Origin: Octopus sinensis
Taxonomy: Eukaryota
Direction: 5' to 3'
Assembly: GCF_006345805.1 (NCBI RefSeq)
Contig: NW_021829588.1
Coordinates: forward strand, 1 to 38,155
Length of the DNA stretch: 38,155 nt
Under the pieces are notes generated by a model that saw only the letters and a program-made list of their open reading frames with translations, made no database searches and was not told the origin of the DNA. This document shows, piece after piece, positions 35,411-38,155 of this stretch. A program made the translations under genes and the position numbers. Numbering within the stretch: position 1 is the stretch's first letter; every line of letters begins with the position of its first letter.

Positions 35411-35688
35411 AATATATATATGTATCACTAATATATATATATGTATGTATATATATGTATATATATACATATATATATGTATATATATGTTATATTTATA
35501 TAATATATATGAAATTTTTGCGTAATGAGATAAAAAAAAACCCAAGCCTGTCTCAATGACACCATTATCTCTTATATATATATATATATATTATGAATGC
35601 GGTGCGGCGATTGTCTTGCGTACTTCGGATTGTTATACAAGAAGATATATATACATACATACATACATACATACATACATACATACAT

Positions 35689-35742
<54 letters not shown>

Positions 35743-36263
35743 ATATATACGCACGCACACGCACGAACACACACATGTATACACATACGCACATACATAA
35801 ACTTGGGATCTTGCTTGTTTGGAAATCCCACTTACATATAAAACACTGTTCATGTCTCTAACATTTCTTTAAATATTCTCTCTCTCTCTCTCTCTTCTTC
35901 TTCTGTCTTCCTTCTTCTCTCGTCTCTTTCTTTCCCATCTCACTTTATTTATCTTCATGAATGTGTGTGTTTTATATATTTTCCTCCATTAACATCGTAA
36001 CCAATACATTTCACGCTACATATCACCAATCAGTTTAAATATATGAATAATAAATAGTGAGGACTTGCATGAGGTAAAACCCAACAGCGCACACACATCC
36101 ACATGCATGCAAGGGCATACGCACACGCACACACAAACACACATACCTACATGTATACATACATGCATTCATACAAACATGCATGCTTAAATATCTACAA
36201 AACACACTATTATATATATACATATATATATACATACATACATACATGCCCCCCCACCCACAC

Positions 36264-36296
<33 letters not shown>

Positions 36297-36555
36297 CATA
36301 TATATATTATATATACATGTATACATATATACATATATGCATATATATTTATTCACATATACACATGACTATATATATATATACCTGTATATACATATAC
36401 ATGCATATATATATACATATATAAACATGTATATATATACGCATATATATACATATATGCATATATACATATATATATATGCACACACATACATACATAT
36501 ATATACACACACATATATATATACATATATATACACATAAATATACATACATATT
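35300..36555. repeat. Three TA/CA/CATA microsatellite fields
   Basis: Fields at ~35300-35520, ~35640-35800 and ~36180-36555. Confidence 0.9.
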
Positions 36556-37504
36556 CGTTAATTTCTCTTTCTATTTGTACGTCTTGCTGTTTTATCTCGA
36601 AGATGCCAATTACCTCTCCATTAAAACCGTTTAGATTTTGTTCTTCTTTTACATTTCGTTCTGCATCAAATCGAATCTATTTCCAGTCAGTCTTTGAAAG
36701 GAAAAATATGACTACACAACAAGCAAAATATAAAGATAAGGTACATATTTTAATGGATTAGTCAGCATTTGGAAGGTCTGCGGCACCTTTGACCCTATTC
36801 ATACCCATTATGTTTCGGCGGTAAGGATTTGTCGTTAGACTGGAGACCTAACCTTAATGGTACCACATGCATAAACTACACCTAAGTTACATAAGGACCA
36901 GGGGCTTGTGTTAAAACAGGCGACAGTTTAATTCTACGTTAATAAGTCGCTGCATGCACGATGAAAAGCGAGATTTAATAAGTGAATCCAGTGAGTTATG
37001 GACACATTTGTTGTAAAGGAGAAGCTGTTTTCTTGCAATGAGCACATCTGTGATAAGCATATTAACGTTCAAATTTACAAGACCATATTGAGAAAAATTA
37101 TGCATGCTATCGTAAATTTATCCAATGATTTTAAATGCAAGGATTGCATTTTGGAATGTCAGCGCAACTATTATTTCTCCTTATTCTCACTCCTAGATGG
37201 TACCCAATATCATTTCCAAACACTATTTCTATAATTCTACCTTTCTTCTGGTGCAGAGCTGCACAGATAGCCGGACAACTAACACTGCAGTTGTTTACCC
37301 TGGTTCCAAGTTCTTGTCAGTGCAAAGTCTACAGTCGAAGAGCGTGATCTGGCCTGCCAGCTTGCCTCCACCTTTGTTTTTGCCCTCCAAAATATTTCGC
37401 TCTCAGGATTTTGGTTGACCAAAGACAACAGTAAAACACGCTTATATAATGTGCTAAACCTGTTAATTCCACAGCTATGCCTCTGTTGTTGTATTACTAG
37501 TAAG

Positions 37505-37669
37505 ATGCGGCAGATTTTGAGGGGAGGGGGACATCGGTTACATCGACCCAAATACTTGACTTGTACTTTATTTTCTTGACCCCCAAAAAGGCAGACTTTG
37601 ACTTTTATCCTTACCGAGCCGATAAAAAAGTACCAGTTGAATACTGGGGTCGATGTAGTCGATGTAACC
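37505..37669. mobile_element. Inverted pair of SINE family C 3'-half fragments
   Basis: A minus-orientation fragment (ggttacatcgaccc...gtactttattttcttgacccc) is joined to a plus-orientation fragment (gataaaaaagtaccagttgaatactggggtcgatgtagtcgatgtaacc). Confidence 0.65.
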
Positions 37670-37807
37670 AAAACACACACACAGACACAAACGCAGACAG
37701 ATATACACACACATAAATACACACACACTACAATTGCTGGTCCTGAACCCAGATTTGTAACCCTTATTGTACTAGCTCGAAAGATGGTCAATTTAGTTTC
37801 ATACACT

Positions 37808-38016
37808 CTCTTTTTACTCTTTTACTTGTTTCAGTCATGTGACTGCGGCCCATGCTGGAGCACCGCTTTAAGTCGAGTAAATCGACCCCAGGACTTATTT
37901 TTGTTAAGCCTAGTACTTATTCTACTGGTCACTTTTGCCGAACCGCTAAGTTACGGGGACCTAAACACACCAGCATCGGTTGTCAAGCGATGTTGGGGGG
38001 ACAAACAGACACACAA

Positions 38017-38047
<31 letters not shown>

Positions 38048-38155
38048 CATATATACGACGGGCTTCTTTCAGTTTCTGTCTCCCAAATCCACTCACAGGG
38101 CTCTTATTGGCCCGAGTAGAAGACACTTGCCCAAGGTGCCACGCAGTGGGACTGA
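37808..38155 (-). mobile_element. SINE family A copy, cut by the window end
   Basis: Closely matches 25998-26340. Confidence 0.92.

Noticed and set aside
36998-37234. ORF with EKLFSCNEHICDK and FKCKDC, zinc-finger-like words
   Set aside because: No histidine pair at C2H2 spacing.

Overview
Eukaryotic, AT-rich, repeat-dominated sequence, most likely intronic or intergenic DNA from an octopus (coleoid cephalopod) genome. The taxon is inferred from recall of the tRNA-derived SINE families and the extreme microsatellite density, not from a search. No host protein-coding exon can be supported, and most supplied ORFs are microsatellite artefacts. Supported content: about 25 SINE copies or fragments from four families (labelled A-D here); a decayed Penelope-like element with RT and GIY-YIG endonuclease; Tx1/L1-like fragments; the 3' end of an RTE-like LINE with three zinc-finger motifs; a ~540-bp non-tRNA repeat; and many simple repeats. 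The most interesting observations are a minimal hammerhead ribozyme candidate with a compensatory U3-A8 core (10064-10105, minus), two decayed Penelope-linked hammerhead-like motifs, SINE multimers enclosed by single direct-repeat pairs, a 137-codon ORF restored by removing a SINE, and an in-phase 84-99-bp minisatellite with long unlisted Pro-, Thr- and Gly/Cys-rich open frames. All alignments and counts were done by eye.
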